DNA of 64,000 nucleotides from a plasmid, in sequence record NZ_CP020429.2. The stretch is one strand, 5' to 3'. The notes beneath the pieces are model-generated. The model did no database searches. It saw only the letters and a list, made by a program, of their open reading frames with translations, and was not told the DNA's origin. Each line of letters starts with the position of its first letter. Within the stretch, counting starts at the first letter, position 1. Below, piece after piece: positions 38,761 to 48,137 of this stretch. The position numbers and the translations under genes were made by a program.

Positions 38761-40722
38761 ATGGATTTAAGTTCACGAAAAATCAAGAAATATATTCGAG
38801 AGGGTTATGACCTCAATCTTATTAGTAGGATTCAAAGTGATATTCCAGATTTTAAATATGATGATAGATATTGGAGACAAGCAAACGGTTATTATAAGAT
38901 TGCTCATGTTCCATATGACCGATACCCAGAACACGGTTTACCTGACTTTTGGATGAGTGATTTAATGCTCGTTGATAATGTAATCAGTTTTATGTCCTTA
39001 GAACATGCTTCAAATAGTGAAATGTCCGAACTAGCTTCAAAAGCTATTTCGAATATGTTAGCCACTCAAAATACAAAGGCTGCACAAGATGCCGATGATA
39101 AGATGCGTATCAGTTCTTTATTAGACTATCGCGAAAAACTAGGTAACAATGTTCCTTCTAAAAAAATTCACACCCGCTTTTTGTTAGCTGCAAACACATT
39201 GGAGCAACTGGTAGAACGAGAAGCTGACCTCAAGCAACAGTTGAATCAGTATTCTATCTCTTCTTCAGATGGCATGCAAGATGTCGAATATCATACAGCC
39301 TTTATCCCCGCTTCTCGTTTGGAAGACACCCCACTACGTCGAAAAGGGCAAGCAGCATCCGTCTGGGATTTAGGTGCTGGCTATCCTTTTAATCATACGA
39401 ACTTAATGGATACCTATGGTGTTTACTTGGGAGAAACACGTACTGGTGGTGTGGTTAACTTTGACCTTTTGCATGAAGATAGGGAACGTAAAATTCCATC
39501 AATGCTGATTGCCGGAGCAGGAAACGGAAAAATGAAACTGTTAGGTAACTTGATTGACACCTATTTTGCTAAAGGACATACCATTTTTAACATTGACCTT
39601 ACTGGGAAATTAAAAGACCTTACGGAAATGCAAGGTGGTCGATATGTCAAGATGTCTGGGACAAATAATCGAAATCATATTAACCTCATGCAAATTATTG
39701 CAACGGCTTCCTCTGCAGATGGAGAAACAACAGACCAGGTCCAATCTTTCTATGCCCACCGTAATAAACTACGTGCTTTGGCTCAAATTCTTGATCCAGG
39801 GTTAAAGAATTCTGACCTCAATAATTTGTCATCTGCTTTAAACGACTTCTATGAAGACCGTAGTCTGTGGAACCGTAATGCAGAAGTGATGGACCAAGAA
39901 GACTTAACGATTACGAATGTCATTCCTGAAGATTATCCAACTCTATCTCATTGGGTAGAACGCTTAAACAAGCTTAAAGAGGACAAAATCGCAGAGGGGA
40001 ATGAAATTGATGCTGCAAGTTATGACCGTCTCTATAATGCTTTCTCTGGTCTCTTGGGAGATTATCGCTTCTTGAATGCGACCTCACAGTTTGAAGATTT
40101 CTCAAATGAACAAGTTGTGACCTTTGACCTCTCTGGGATTCAAGATACTGAACTTCTTAATATTCAGCTTTACCAAGTGTTATCTATCATTTCATCATAC
40201 GCTGTAGCAAATGGAAGAAGGGTATCTGAGTATTTCCGTAGAGGGATTATCGGGGGAGCTAAGAGCCAGCGACCTCATAGCATTATTACCATTAACGGAG
40301 CACATAAGCTCTTCAATTATCGTTATTCAGAGTCTCTTAACTTTCTAAAGGATTTGATTGAGAATGTAAGTAGTAACTATTCCGCATTTATTATGGAAAT
40401 GAGTTCGTTAGATAACATCCTCTTGAATGCAAACTCTACGGATGCAGTGGATTACGTTTTAGCGACACGTGCGATTTTCTCTATGATGACGTATCGTGTC
40501 TTTTCTCAATTAGGTGATTTGACTATCCCTCGTCTAGCGGATGCTTTACAAGGGGAAATGACTGAGAGTGAACTTTCGTCACTTAAATATTTAAGAGATG
40601 GTGATTTCTTCCTAAATATTGCTTCTGTCAAGAACTTAGTCTTCAACCATCAACTAGCGGATAATAGGTCTTATGGTAAGTATCCGTATGATGAACATGT
40701 TCGCTATGCATTCTTACCTTAG
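38761..40722 (+). CDS. large conjugation protein, possibly a VirB4/TraE-like ATPase with a degenerate Walker A
   Basis: 653 aa. P-loop-like LIAGAGNGKMK does not fit GxxxxGK[ST]. The position after the VirB6-like gene matches the pCF10 prgH-prgJ order. Confidence 0.4.
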   Translation: MDLSSRKIKKYIREGYDLNLISRIQSDIPDFKYDDRYWRQANGYYKIAHVPYDRYPEHGLPDFWMSDLMLVDNVISFMSLEHASNSEMSELASKAISNMLATQNTKAAQDADDKMRISSLLDYREKLGNNVPSKKIHTRFLLAANTLEQLVEREADLKQQLNQYSISSSDGMQDVEYHTAFIPASRLEDTPLRRKGQAASVWDLGAGYPFNHTNLMDTYGVYLGETRTGGVVNFDLLHEDRERKIPSMLIAGAGNGKMKLLGNLIDTYFAKGHTIFNIDLTGKLKDLTEMQGGRYVKMSGTNNRNHINLMQIIATASSADGETTDQVQSFYAHRNKLRALAQILDPGLKNSDLNNLSSALNDFYEDRSLWNRNAEVMDQEDLTITNVIPEDYPTLSHWVERLNKLKEDKIAEGNEIDAASYDRLYNAFSGLLGDYRFLNATSQFEDFSNEQVVTFDLSGIQDTELLNIQLYQVLSIISSYAVANGRRVSEYFRRGIIGGAKSQRPHSIITINGAHKLFNYRYSESLNFLKDLIENVSSNYSAFIMEMSSLDNILLNANSTDAVDYVLATRAIFSMMTYRVFSQLGDLTIPRLADALQGEMTESELSSLKYLRDGDFFLNIASVKNLVFNHQLADNRSYGKYPYDEHVRYAFLP

Positions 40723-40745
40723 AAATGGTGAAAGGGGGAAATACA

Positions 40746-41051
40746 ATGAACCTACAGCAACCATATTCTGATGAGGCATTCCAACTACAAACTAAAATTC
40801 TGACAGAGGATAATCCGCATGATTTAGAAAGAATTGTAAATGATTACTTAGAGATCTTGGCTTACAAAAAGACCTGTCGTGTTGTTGATATTACTTATCA
40901 GATGCGAAAAACACATCTTTTAAGTAGTTTATGTGGCTTATTTGGAAGTCAGCAAGTAGATGAGTACTCAGCCATGATTATCTACCAAGAACCAGCTCGA
41001 TTTGAGTCGAGAATATTTGAAACAGAAGAAGAGCCAGAGGAGGAAAATTAA
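40746..41051 (+). CDS. hypothetical acidic protein
   Basis: RBS AAAGGGGGAAATACA before ATG. Confidence 0.4.
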   Translation: MNLQQPYSDEAFQLQTKILTEDNPHDLERIVNDYLEILAYKKTCRVVDITYQMRKTHLLSSLCGLFGSQQVDEYSAMIIYQEPARFESRIFETEEEPEEEN

Positions 41052-41054
41052 TCA

Positions 41055-41753
41055 ATGACCACACTAATGCAAATGTCACTATGGGTTAACAATATTGCTT
41101 ATGACATTAAAACACTACGTTTCTTTAGGATAGTTTCCTTCATTATTAGCTTAGTTCTTGGTTTGGTTGGTTTCTATAGCTATCTCATGCTCTATCAGAC
41201 ACTTTTATTTGCCTACGGTGTTCATTTTATGGCTATTGCCTATACACCGTATGTGTTTTGTGCCTTGATTGTAGCCATTTATCAGCTACTTACTGGTAAG
41301 AGACGTGAACGTATCAAGAAAGCAAAGCGTATCCTTATGTTTAGTCTTCTACCAATCTGTTTGATGAACACCTGGGGCTTTATCACGCTAGTGACTTGGG
41401 GGCTTGCATGGGTTATGGCCAAACTAGAATATAACCATAGAAAACGTGCTGTTAAGATCGTATCATTCTTTTCAAAGGAATATTCACCTCTTTTTGAAAA
41501 GAGATTGGCTAATCGAAACAACTATTATGCTTATCAATCTGCTTATCGTCTCCTAGACTTGATTCAGGTGTCAGCTTATGAAGAACTCTTTAAGGAAGAA
41601 GTGACGGAAAAAGATTATAAAGCTGGTCTCGTTGTTAAAGAGTTACACCGTACTTTCAGAATTAAAGGTGTACCTTTTTCTAAGGTAACTGTAACAGATA
41701 AACTTTATATTGCTCCACAAAAAATGCCAATTATTGGCTTAAGGAGGTTTTAA
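41055..41753 (+). CDS. polytopic membrane protein (conjugation module)
   Basis: 232 aa, about 4 TM. Confidence 0.45.
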   Translation: MTTLMQMSLWVNNIAYDIKTLRFFRIVSFIISLVLGLVGFYSYLMLYQTLLFAYGVHFMAIAYTPYVFCALIVAIYQLLTGKRRERIKKAKRILMFSLLPICLMNTWGFITLVTWGLAWVMAKLEYNHRKRAVKIVSFFSKEYSPLFEKRLANRNNYYAYQSAYRLLDLIQVSAYEELFKEEVTEKDYKAGLVVKELHRTFRIKGVPFSKVTVTDKLYIAPQKMPIIGLRRF

Positions 41754-41756
41754 TAT

Positions 41757-42179
41757 ATGGTATCTTATCGTTTTAAACGAGATGGTCAGTATATTCAGCG
41801 TGAACTAGAACTAGATCCTCTTGATGAGCATCAAGACCAAGTCTATCCGGAAAGCCTTGAAGAGCAAGTAGATTATTCAGCATTTTACGATACCTACTAT
41901 GACGGTTTTGATGAAGACAGTATCTCACGTGAACAAGAGAAAAAACAAGGTCTCATTGCGCGTGGGAAAGAAAGGTTATCCAGTGTCAAGGAGGATGTGA
42001 CAGACTATTATAATTTGCAAGTGGAACGTCACAAAGACTATTACTCAGATGAAGATTCATTTTGGATGCGTAAGCAACAACAAAAACGAAATCGAAAATT
42101 CATTAAACAAAGTATCTTTCTTGCCCTAGGACTATTACTTGTATTTGGTTGGTATTGGCTAACCGCACTACTTCATTAA
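41757..42179 (+). CDS. acidic protein with a C-terminal TM anchor
   Basis: 140 aa; the C-terminus LALGLLLVFGWYWLTALL is hydrophobic. Confidence 0.45.
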   Translation: MVSYRFKRDGQYIQRELELDPLDEHQDQVYPESLEEQVDYSAFYDTYYDGFDEDSISREQEKKQGLIARGKERLSSVKEDVTDYYNLQVERHKDYYSDEDSFWMRKQQQKRNRKFIKQSIFLALGLLLVFGWYWLTALLH

Positions 42180-42196
42180 GGGGGTGACTGAGATAT

Positions 42197-44257
42197 TTGA
42201 AACGAATAGGTGATAAAGCTGCTCGTGTTCTTCTAACGATTTTTGGAGTGAAGACAACCATTATTATAGGAACTATTTTAACTTTTGCGGTTATCTTAAT
42301 TGCAATTATCACTGGTTTAATGGGGACGATTAGTACTTCCGGTGGGAAAGGTGGCAAGACTAACGCCCAATGTGTAACCTACCAAAAAGATGGCGATGAA
42401 GAAGACGATGATGAAGAAGACGATGATGGCTCTAAGCCTCAATCGACTTCTACTAAAACAGACTCAGCATCTGCAGGCGACTCTGACCCCTTTACGAAGG
42501 GGACAAAAGCCTATGAAAATGCCCACAAAGTCTTTATGGCTTTTGTGAATGCTGGATTGTCTGGGGAATCTGCTGCAGGTGCTGTTGGTTGGGCAAACTC
42601 TGAAGGGAGCTATGACATCATTGGACGTGCCCAAGGGCATTATGGTGGTGGTATCAATGACTCCATTTCTAAGGGAGCTGTGCCAACGACAGGTGGTACA
42701 TCTAACACACTTGGTGGTGGTGGAATCTTCCAGTTTGACCCCTACACAAAATATGCACCTTTAAATAGTTCGGACTGGGAAGATGCGGATAAGATGGTTG
42801 CCTTTGTTATTGATGCAATCTCAAAAGGTGACTGGAACCCAGCCTATGACGAATCTGGCCATAACTGGTCATTCCAGGAGTTTGCTAAACAAACCAATAT
42901 CGATGAAACTGCTATGGCATGGAATGCCTACGAACGAGGTAATATGGCTTATGTCAGACCAGAGCAGAAGAAGGCGGATGCAAGGAAGTTTGCGGAAGTC
43001 TTCGAAGCAAGTAAATATAAGTACGATGATGCCAAGTTCCAAAAGGCGTTTGGTGGTGGTGGAGCTTCTTCCAATAACTCCTCGTCAAGTAGTCAAAGTT
43101 CAGATGATGATGACGGTGACGACGATGAAGAAGATAGCGACAACGAAGACAATGATAACGATAGCAGTTCAAGCAGTTCATCAAGTGACTCTAGCAACAA
43201 GGATAGCAAAAAAGACAGTGATAAAGACAAAAAGTCTATTGATACTGATAAGGCTATCAAGTGGTATAAGGATAAGCTAGGGAAGGTCAAATATTCTCGT
43301 GATGCTCGTACCGGACCAGATAGCTATGACCATTCATCTGCTTTATACTATGCCCTTGTTGACGGCGGTGCTAAAGAATCTGGATCTCCAGTAGATACCG
43401 ATTCAGAACACGACTGGTTGAAAGACAATGGTTATGAGTTAGTGTATGAAGGTGACTGGTCGTCTAAAGATGATGTTCAAAACCGTGAAAAAGGAGATGT
43501 CATTATCTGGGGTACGAAAGGTAGTAGCTCTGGAGATAAAGGACAGACCATGCTAGTTGAGGATAAGGAGAATATTATCCAATGTTCACCATCGACAGAC
43601 GGGATTTCTGAGAATAATTATGGTCAATATCGAGACCGTATTACTATGGACTACGGAAAAGTCTATGTCTATCGTCCAAAAGAGTCAAAAGACAAGAAGG
43701 ATAAGGATGATGACAAGGAAGAAGTAGATGCAGATACGTGTGGTGATAGCGATAGTAGTAATCTCAGTACTGATACAGGTCAGCCACTTGATGTCCCTTA
43801 TACCATTACCCAACTTTTCGGAGCATCAGCTAATGCTGGTGGTCCAAATGCGGGTTCAGGACACACTGGAATGGACCTTGCAGCACCAGAAGGCTCTCCA
43901 ATTTATGCCGTAACAGACGGTGAAGTAGTAGAGGTCAATGAAGAGGCGATGAATATCGATGGTAACCACGTGATGCACACTCTTCCAGATGGCACTATTA
44001 TTTATTATGGACATATGCGTGATGTTCCTCTTGTTAAGAAAGGGGATAAGGTCAAAAAAGGCCAACTTATCGGATATGTTGGACAAACGGGAGCAGCTAC
44101 TGGACCACATATTCACTTTGAACGTCGGAAAACGAAAGTCTTCCAGTACGGTGATTTCTTGAGTCCAGCGTCGATTATTCTAGGGGATACCCAACCACAA
44201 GTTGGTATGGTGATTGATCCTAAGACACAAAAAGGTGGAGCACCATCTAAAGAATAA
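42197..44257 (+). CDS. PrgK-like T4SS peptidoglycan hydrolase (transglycosylase-like, amidase-like and M23 domains)
   Basis: N-terminal TM, three acidic/Ser low-complexity linkers, and a C-terminal LytM/M23 region (GHTGMDLAAPEGSPIYA ... HIHFE). Confidence 0.75.
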   Translation: MKRIGDKAARVLLTIFGVKTTIIIGTILTFAVILIAIITGLMGTISTSGGKGGKTNAQCVTYQKDGDEEDDDEEDDDGSKPQSTSTKTDSASAGDSDPFTKGTKAYENAHKVFMAFVNAGLSGESAAGAVGWANSEGSYDIIGRAQGHYGGGINDSISKGAVPTTGGTSNTLGGGGIFQFDPYTKYAPLNSSDWEDADKMVAFVIDAISKGDWNPAYDESGHNWSFQEFAKQTNIDETAMAWNAYERGNMAYVRPEQKKADARKFAEVFEASKYKYDDAKFQKAFGGGGASSNNSSSSSQSSDDDDGDDDEEDSDNEDNDNDSSSSSSSSDSSNKDSKKDSDKDKKSIDTDKAIKWYKDKLGKVKYSRDARTGPDSYDHSSALYYALVDGGAKESGSPVDTDSEHDWLKDNGYELVYEGDWSSKDDVQNREKGDVIIWGTKGSSSGDKGQTMLVEDKENIIQCSPSTDGISENNYGQYRDRITMDYGKVYVYRPKESKDKKDKDDDKEEVDADTCGDSDSSNLSTDTGQPLDVPYTITQLFGASANAGGPNAGSGHTGMDLAAPEGSPIYAVTDGEVVEVNEEAMNIDGNHVMHTLPDGTIIYYGHMRDVPLVKKGDKVKKGQLIGYVGQTGAATGPHIHFERRKTKVFQYGDFLSPASIILGDTQPQVGMVIDPKTQKGGAPSKE

Positions 44258-44274
44258 ATCAAAAAGGAGAAAAA

Positions 44275-45090
44275 ATGAAAACAAAAATCAATCAAAAAAG
44301 TATGTCATTATTTACTGCATTATGCCTAGACTTGTGTTTGCGAAAAGCTTTCTTATGGTTCTTTTTAATTATGGGAACACTTTTCTTGAATATCCTTTCT
44401 AAGACAATGCCGGGTCAACAAGCATTATTATTTATTAGTGTTATCGAAGGCATTTATCTAGCATCATTCACGTTTAGAGTCATTCAAAAATACAGAATTG
44501 GGAGTGAATTGTTGGTTTATACCGTCTTAATTAGTTTCATTGAGATGATAACCTTGTGTGTTCTTTTGTTGAGGCCAACACAGATTACACAGATTACAGA
44601 GGCTGAAGTAACTTATATTTTAGAACTATCAGTTATTAGTCTCATTCTTTATGTTGTAGGTTCAAAATTAAGCTTGAACTTATTTAAACGTTATCTATTC
44701 AAGAATGTTATTGATGTGAAATATCTTGGGTTGAAGAAATCTACTGAAACCAGCTTATATAATGAACATTCACTTATTAATGATATTGAGTTAACAACCC
44801 ACGACACTAATGCTCAAATGACAATGATTAATAAGAATGCTATTAAGCCAGAGTATAGGTCGATTGTCGAGGTCACTAATATGGAATGTGAGAAAGTAAT
44901 TGCTCCTCATTATTATAGAGAGGGAACTACTCCAGGGAAGCCTCAAGGGAATATCAAACATACGTTTGAAACGAAAGATACGCTATACCATCTTCATTTC
45001 AACTTCCATTTATTCGGCATTAACAGTAAGTTTTCACCATGTTATCTTTATTTAATTGACCTAACGGTTAGTGATAAACAGGGTAGGTAA
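44275..45090 (+). CDS. membrane protein, unknown function
   Basis: 271 aa, 4-5 TM in the N-terminal half. Confidence 0.4.
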   Translation: MKTKINQKSMSLFTALCLDLCLRKAFLWFFLIMGTLFLNILSKTMPGQQALLFISVIEGIYLASFTFRVIQKYRIGSELLVYTVLISFIEMITLCVLLLRPTQITQITEAEVTYILELSVISLILYVVGSKLSLNLFKRYLFKNVIDVKYLGLKKSTETSLYNEHSLINDIELTTHDTNAQMTMINKNAIKPEYRSIVEVTNMECEKVIAPHYYREGTTPGKPQGNIKHTFETKDTLYHLHFNFHLFGINSKFSPCYLYLIDLTVSDKQGR

Positions 45091-45559
45091 AACATAAATA
45101 TAATTATGTATATAAAGGAGATTCTTGAAATATAGTTATATGATAGAATCAAAAACTGCAGAACTTAAAGAAAGACAGGTTATTGATGTAGTTAGTGTAT
45201 TAGGTCTTTTTTACATGAAGTTACAAGTGACAGTAACTATTTTAGGTATAACTATAAGTGATCCGAATACCCTTTTGAGAGGGTTTTAACAAGTCAAATG
45301 TTATGGTCTTAGCAATATGAGAACTAGTATCTTTAGGTTTTGTTAGCTATCAAGGGCATGTAGCATATATAGCTTAACATCTGGAACATTTTCTTTGAAT
45401 CTGATGTGTATGAAATTGGATTTATATATTGATACTCATAAAACGAATACCCTAGGGAATAAAATATGTAATTTGTATGAGAGTAATACATATTTTATAT
45501 TGTTGTTTGAAGTATTTATTTCTAAGTGATAAAATATATATAATAATTAATCAAGGAAG

Positions 45560-46438
45560 ATGAAATTGGGAATTTTACTAGCTTCAAGATTGAAGGAAAG
45601 ACGAAAAGCACTAAAAATGTCTCAAAAGGAACTTGCTGAGGGGATTTGCAAACAAGGACAGATTAGTCGTATAGAGAATGGGGAGTATACTCCAGGATCA
45701 GAATTGTTATATGCACTTTCGAGAAAACTTAGAGTAAGTATGGATTATTTTTTTGATGAACAAGTTCAAGATGAGAAAAACGAGCTCGAAAATTTTAGAT
45801 TAGTAGCTGAAAACTTCATTTCACAACGAGACTATTCATCGTTAAAGTACCTATATAATTTAGAAAGCAAATCATCAAGTCATTTATCTTTATCAGATAA
45901 GATGTATTTAGAGTGGATTCAAACTCTTGTTTTATTTTACTGTGATAATAATAAGTTAGAAGCTGTAAGTAAACTAGAAAAGCTAATAAAAGAAAAAAAT
46001 ATCTCAGAAATAAACTATCTTAGGTTTTCAAATACATTATTTAACTTTTACTATGATATTGATGATTTAAATCAATTCAATGAGATACGAGATAATCTAG
46101 AGAAGCGTGTAAATAACTTAATAATACATACAATTGAAGAGTTGGAGTTGTCTATAAAGTTTAATTACAATATCAGTCGTTATCTTTGGTTGCAAAATAA
46201 TGTTGAAGATGCTATAAATAAAATAAGTGAAACAATTCGGATTTGTAAAAGATATAGATCAAATTATCTTTTGGCAGACTTGTATTTATTGCTTGGAAAT
46301 GCTAGTGCAAGCTTTGGTAATATAGATGAAGTCAGAGATTACTATACTAAGGCTAAATTTCTTTATAACCTAGATGGTAACCAAGAGATGTCTCTAAAAG
46401 TAGAACATTATTTAGCAGAAAAGTTAATGTCAAACTAA
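45560..46438 (+). CDS. Rgg/RNPP-like XRE-HTH regulator
   Basis: HTH MSQKELAEGICKQGQISRIENGEYTPGSE plus a helical C-terminal domain; the start may be the TTG at 45566. Confidence 0.7.
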   Translation: MKLGILLASRLKERRKALKMSQKELAEGICKQGQISRIENGEYTPGSELLYALSRKLRVSMDYFFDEQVQDEKNELENFRLVAENFISQRDYSSLKYLYNLESKSSSHLSLSDKMYLEWIQTLVLFYCDNNKLEAVSKLEKLIKEKNISEINYLRFSNTLFNFYYDIDDLNQFNEIRDNLEKRVNNLIIHTIEELELSIKFNYNISRYLWLQNNVEDAINKISETIRICKRYRSNYLLADLYLLLGNASASFGNIDEVRDYYTKAKFLYNLDGNQEMSLKVEHYLAEKLMSN

Positions 46439-46454
46439 CTGTTTAGTTTGATAT

Positions 46455-46592
46455 TTTGAGACTTGTTTTTCTTTAACAGTTAGAATGAGGTATTCTAACT
46501 GTTTTTTTATTAGCTAAATTAGGATAATAAATTATAGATATAAATTTCCAATAAATACAAAATAGGTATTGTTTATTAAATAGAAAAGTGAT
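46455..46592 (+). repeat. 138-bp direct repeat, copy A (terminator plus promoter-like segment)
   Basis: About 92 percent identical to 51265-51402; contains hairpin CAGTTAGAAT/ATTCTAACTG followed by T7. Confidence 0.85.
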
Positions 46593-47464
46593 ATTACTCT
46601 AAGTAATTCATTCGTGTTCTCATTGGTTCCTCGTTGCCATGGAGCATGAGGGTCAGGAAAATAGACTTCAATGTTCAATTGATCGCTCAATTTCTGATGA
46701 TAGGTGAATTCTTTCCCTCTATCAGGAGTTACTGTATACTTCGTCAAGGGTTCTGACATTTTTACCATAGCTTCTATTACCAACTTGCTTTTCTTGACAG
46801 CTACCTTCTGGATTTTTAGAAAACGAGAATAATGGTCAGTTAGAGTCACTAAACAAGCTTTTCCAGTTTTACCTGCAACGGTATCGGCTTCCCAATCTCC
46901 TATTCTAGTTCGGTTATTAGCATTTTCTGGTCTTTCGTGAATCGTATGAGAAATAGAAATTCTCCCTCTATTTTCGACATAACCTTTTGTATGACGTGTT
47001 TTTCCACGATGACGGAGCTTACGAATGACACCACGAGCACCATGAGATAGTGAGTTATCATCAAAATGACCTCTGTAAATGGCTCTATAGATTGTTTGAT
47101 AACTAATAACAGTTTTTCCATACTCTAATCGCAACCGACCTTCTATTTTTTCAGGAGACCATTGGTAATCGAGAAATAGATGTTTGACGGTATTGCTTAA
47201 ATTGTGATCTATTTCAAACATCCGTTTCCGCCCACAGTGTGATTTAGCCCTATGGTAAGACTCCTGTGCATGACTTGGAGAAAAGCTTCCTTCTTTTAGA
47301 TGTCGCTTCCACTCACGACTAATACTAGATGGATGACGATGAAGTAACTTAGCAATTTGAGAAAAATTTAGGCCTTGCGTACGGTAAATGAGAATACTTT
47401 CACGCTCGTCTATGGTAAAATGATGGTAGCTCATAAGATTTCCTTTCGTAACTAGTTCGTTCAA
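46532..47464 (-). mobile_element. IS30-family transposase gene, 3-prime truncated
   Basis: N-terminal HTH and DDE region ending ...HAPWQRGTNENTNELLR; the last ~20 codons are read from repeat copy A instead of IS30 sequence. Confidence 0.8.
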
Positions 47465-47711
47465 TTCTATTTTACTAGAAAATCTTATGAGTTTTTATTG
47501 TGCACCTATATTGTATATTCAAGATAGTAAAGATATTATTTCTTACAAAAATACAAAAAGTGTATTGACAAAAATAAAAAAAACTGTATATAATAACGTT
47601 AAAAGTAAGCGCTTACTTAATGTAACAGTTGACTTCTGAAGGTTTAGAAATGTTATGCATAGTTTATGTCATTTTATTTCCTTCATCGCAATTACTTTAA
47701 GGAGAATACTT

Positions 47712-48008
47712 ATGAGAAAAAATATGAAATCGTTAATGGTTTTGGCTCTTGCTGTGACTTCTTTTGGAACTTTGTCTGGAGTTGCTGCAGCTACGCAGTA
47801 TCCAGGTGGTGGTGTTTGGACTTACGGGGCTTCTAACGGTGGTGCTTTTTCGAATTACTATCATGGTTCGAAATATCATAGTTCAACTGTAGTTAGTCGT
47901 TGGACCTCTAAATCTAGTAAGGCCTATGCTTATGCCGGTCAGACTTCGTATGCTTTTATTAAAACGTCTTTTGGCGAGCAGGCTGCCTTTTACTATAACT
48001 ATAATTAA
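47712..48008 (+). CDS. lactococcin 972-family bacteriocin precursor
   Basis: Sec signal MRKNMKSLMVLALAVTSFGTLSGVAAA. Mature region has SNYYHGSKYHSSTVV and a C-terminal AAFYYNYN, matching the recalled lactococcin 972 consensus. RBS TAAGGAG. Confidence 0.85.
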   Translation: MRKNMKSLMVLALAVTSFGTLSGVAAATQYPGGGVWTYGASNGGAFSNYYHGSKYHSSTVVSRWTSKSSKAYAYAGQTSYAFIKTSFGEQAAFYYNYN

Positions 48009-48022
48009 TTAAGTAACGGTGA

Positions 48023-48056
48023 CTAGGTTGAATGTAATATGTCAACCTAGTTTTTG
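48023..48056 (+). terminator. intrinsic terminator after the bacteriocin gene
   Basis: CTAGGTTGA/TCAACCTAG 9-bp stem, then T5. Confidence 0.7.
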
Positions 48057-48137
48057 TTTCCTTGTAATAGTTCCATTTTCGACCGTGAATTTTATTTCAA
48101 TACAAAGATATATAATTGTTCCGTTTAGGAGGTTTGT

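Noticed and set aside
45477-45569. 30-codon ORF (MRVIHILYCCLKYLFLSDKIYIIINQGR) overlapping the Rgg-like gene start
   Set aside because: It has no SD and overlaps the regulator's RBS. It is probably spurious and is noted only because Rgg loci often carry small peptide genes.
48021-48032. GTGACTAGGTTGA resembling the conjugation-module motif GTCACTAGGTTG
   Set aside because: Here it forms the 5-prime arm of the bacteriocin gene terminator hairpin (CTAGGTTGA/TCAACCTAG). The match is partial and the context differs, so it is most likely coincidence.
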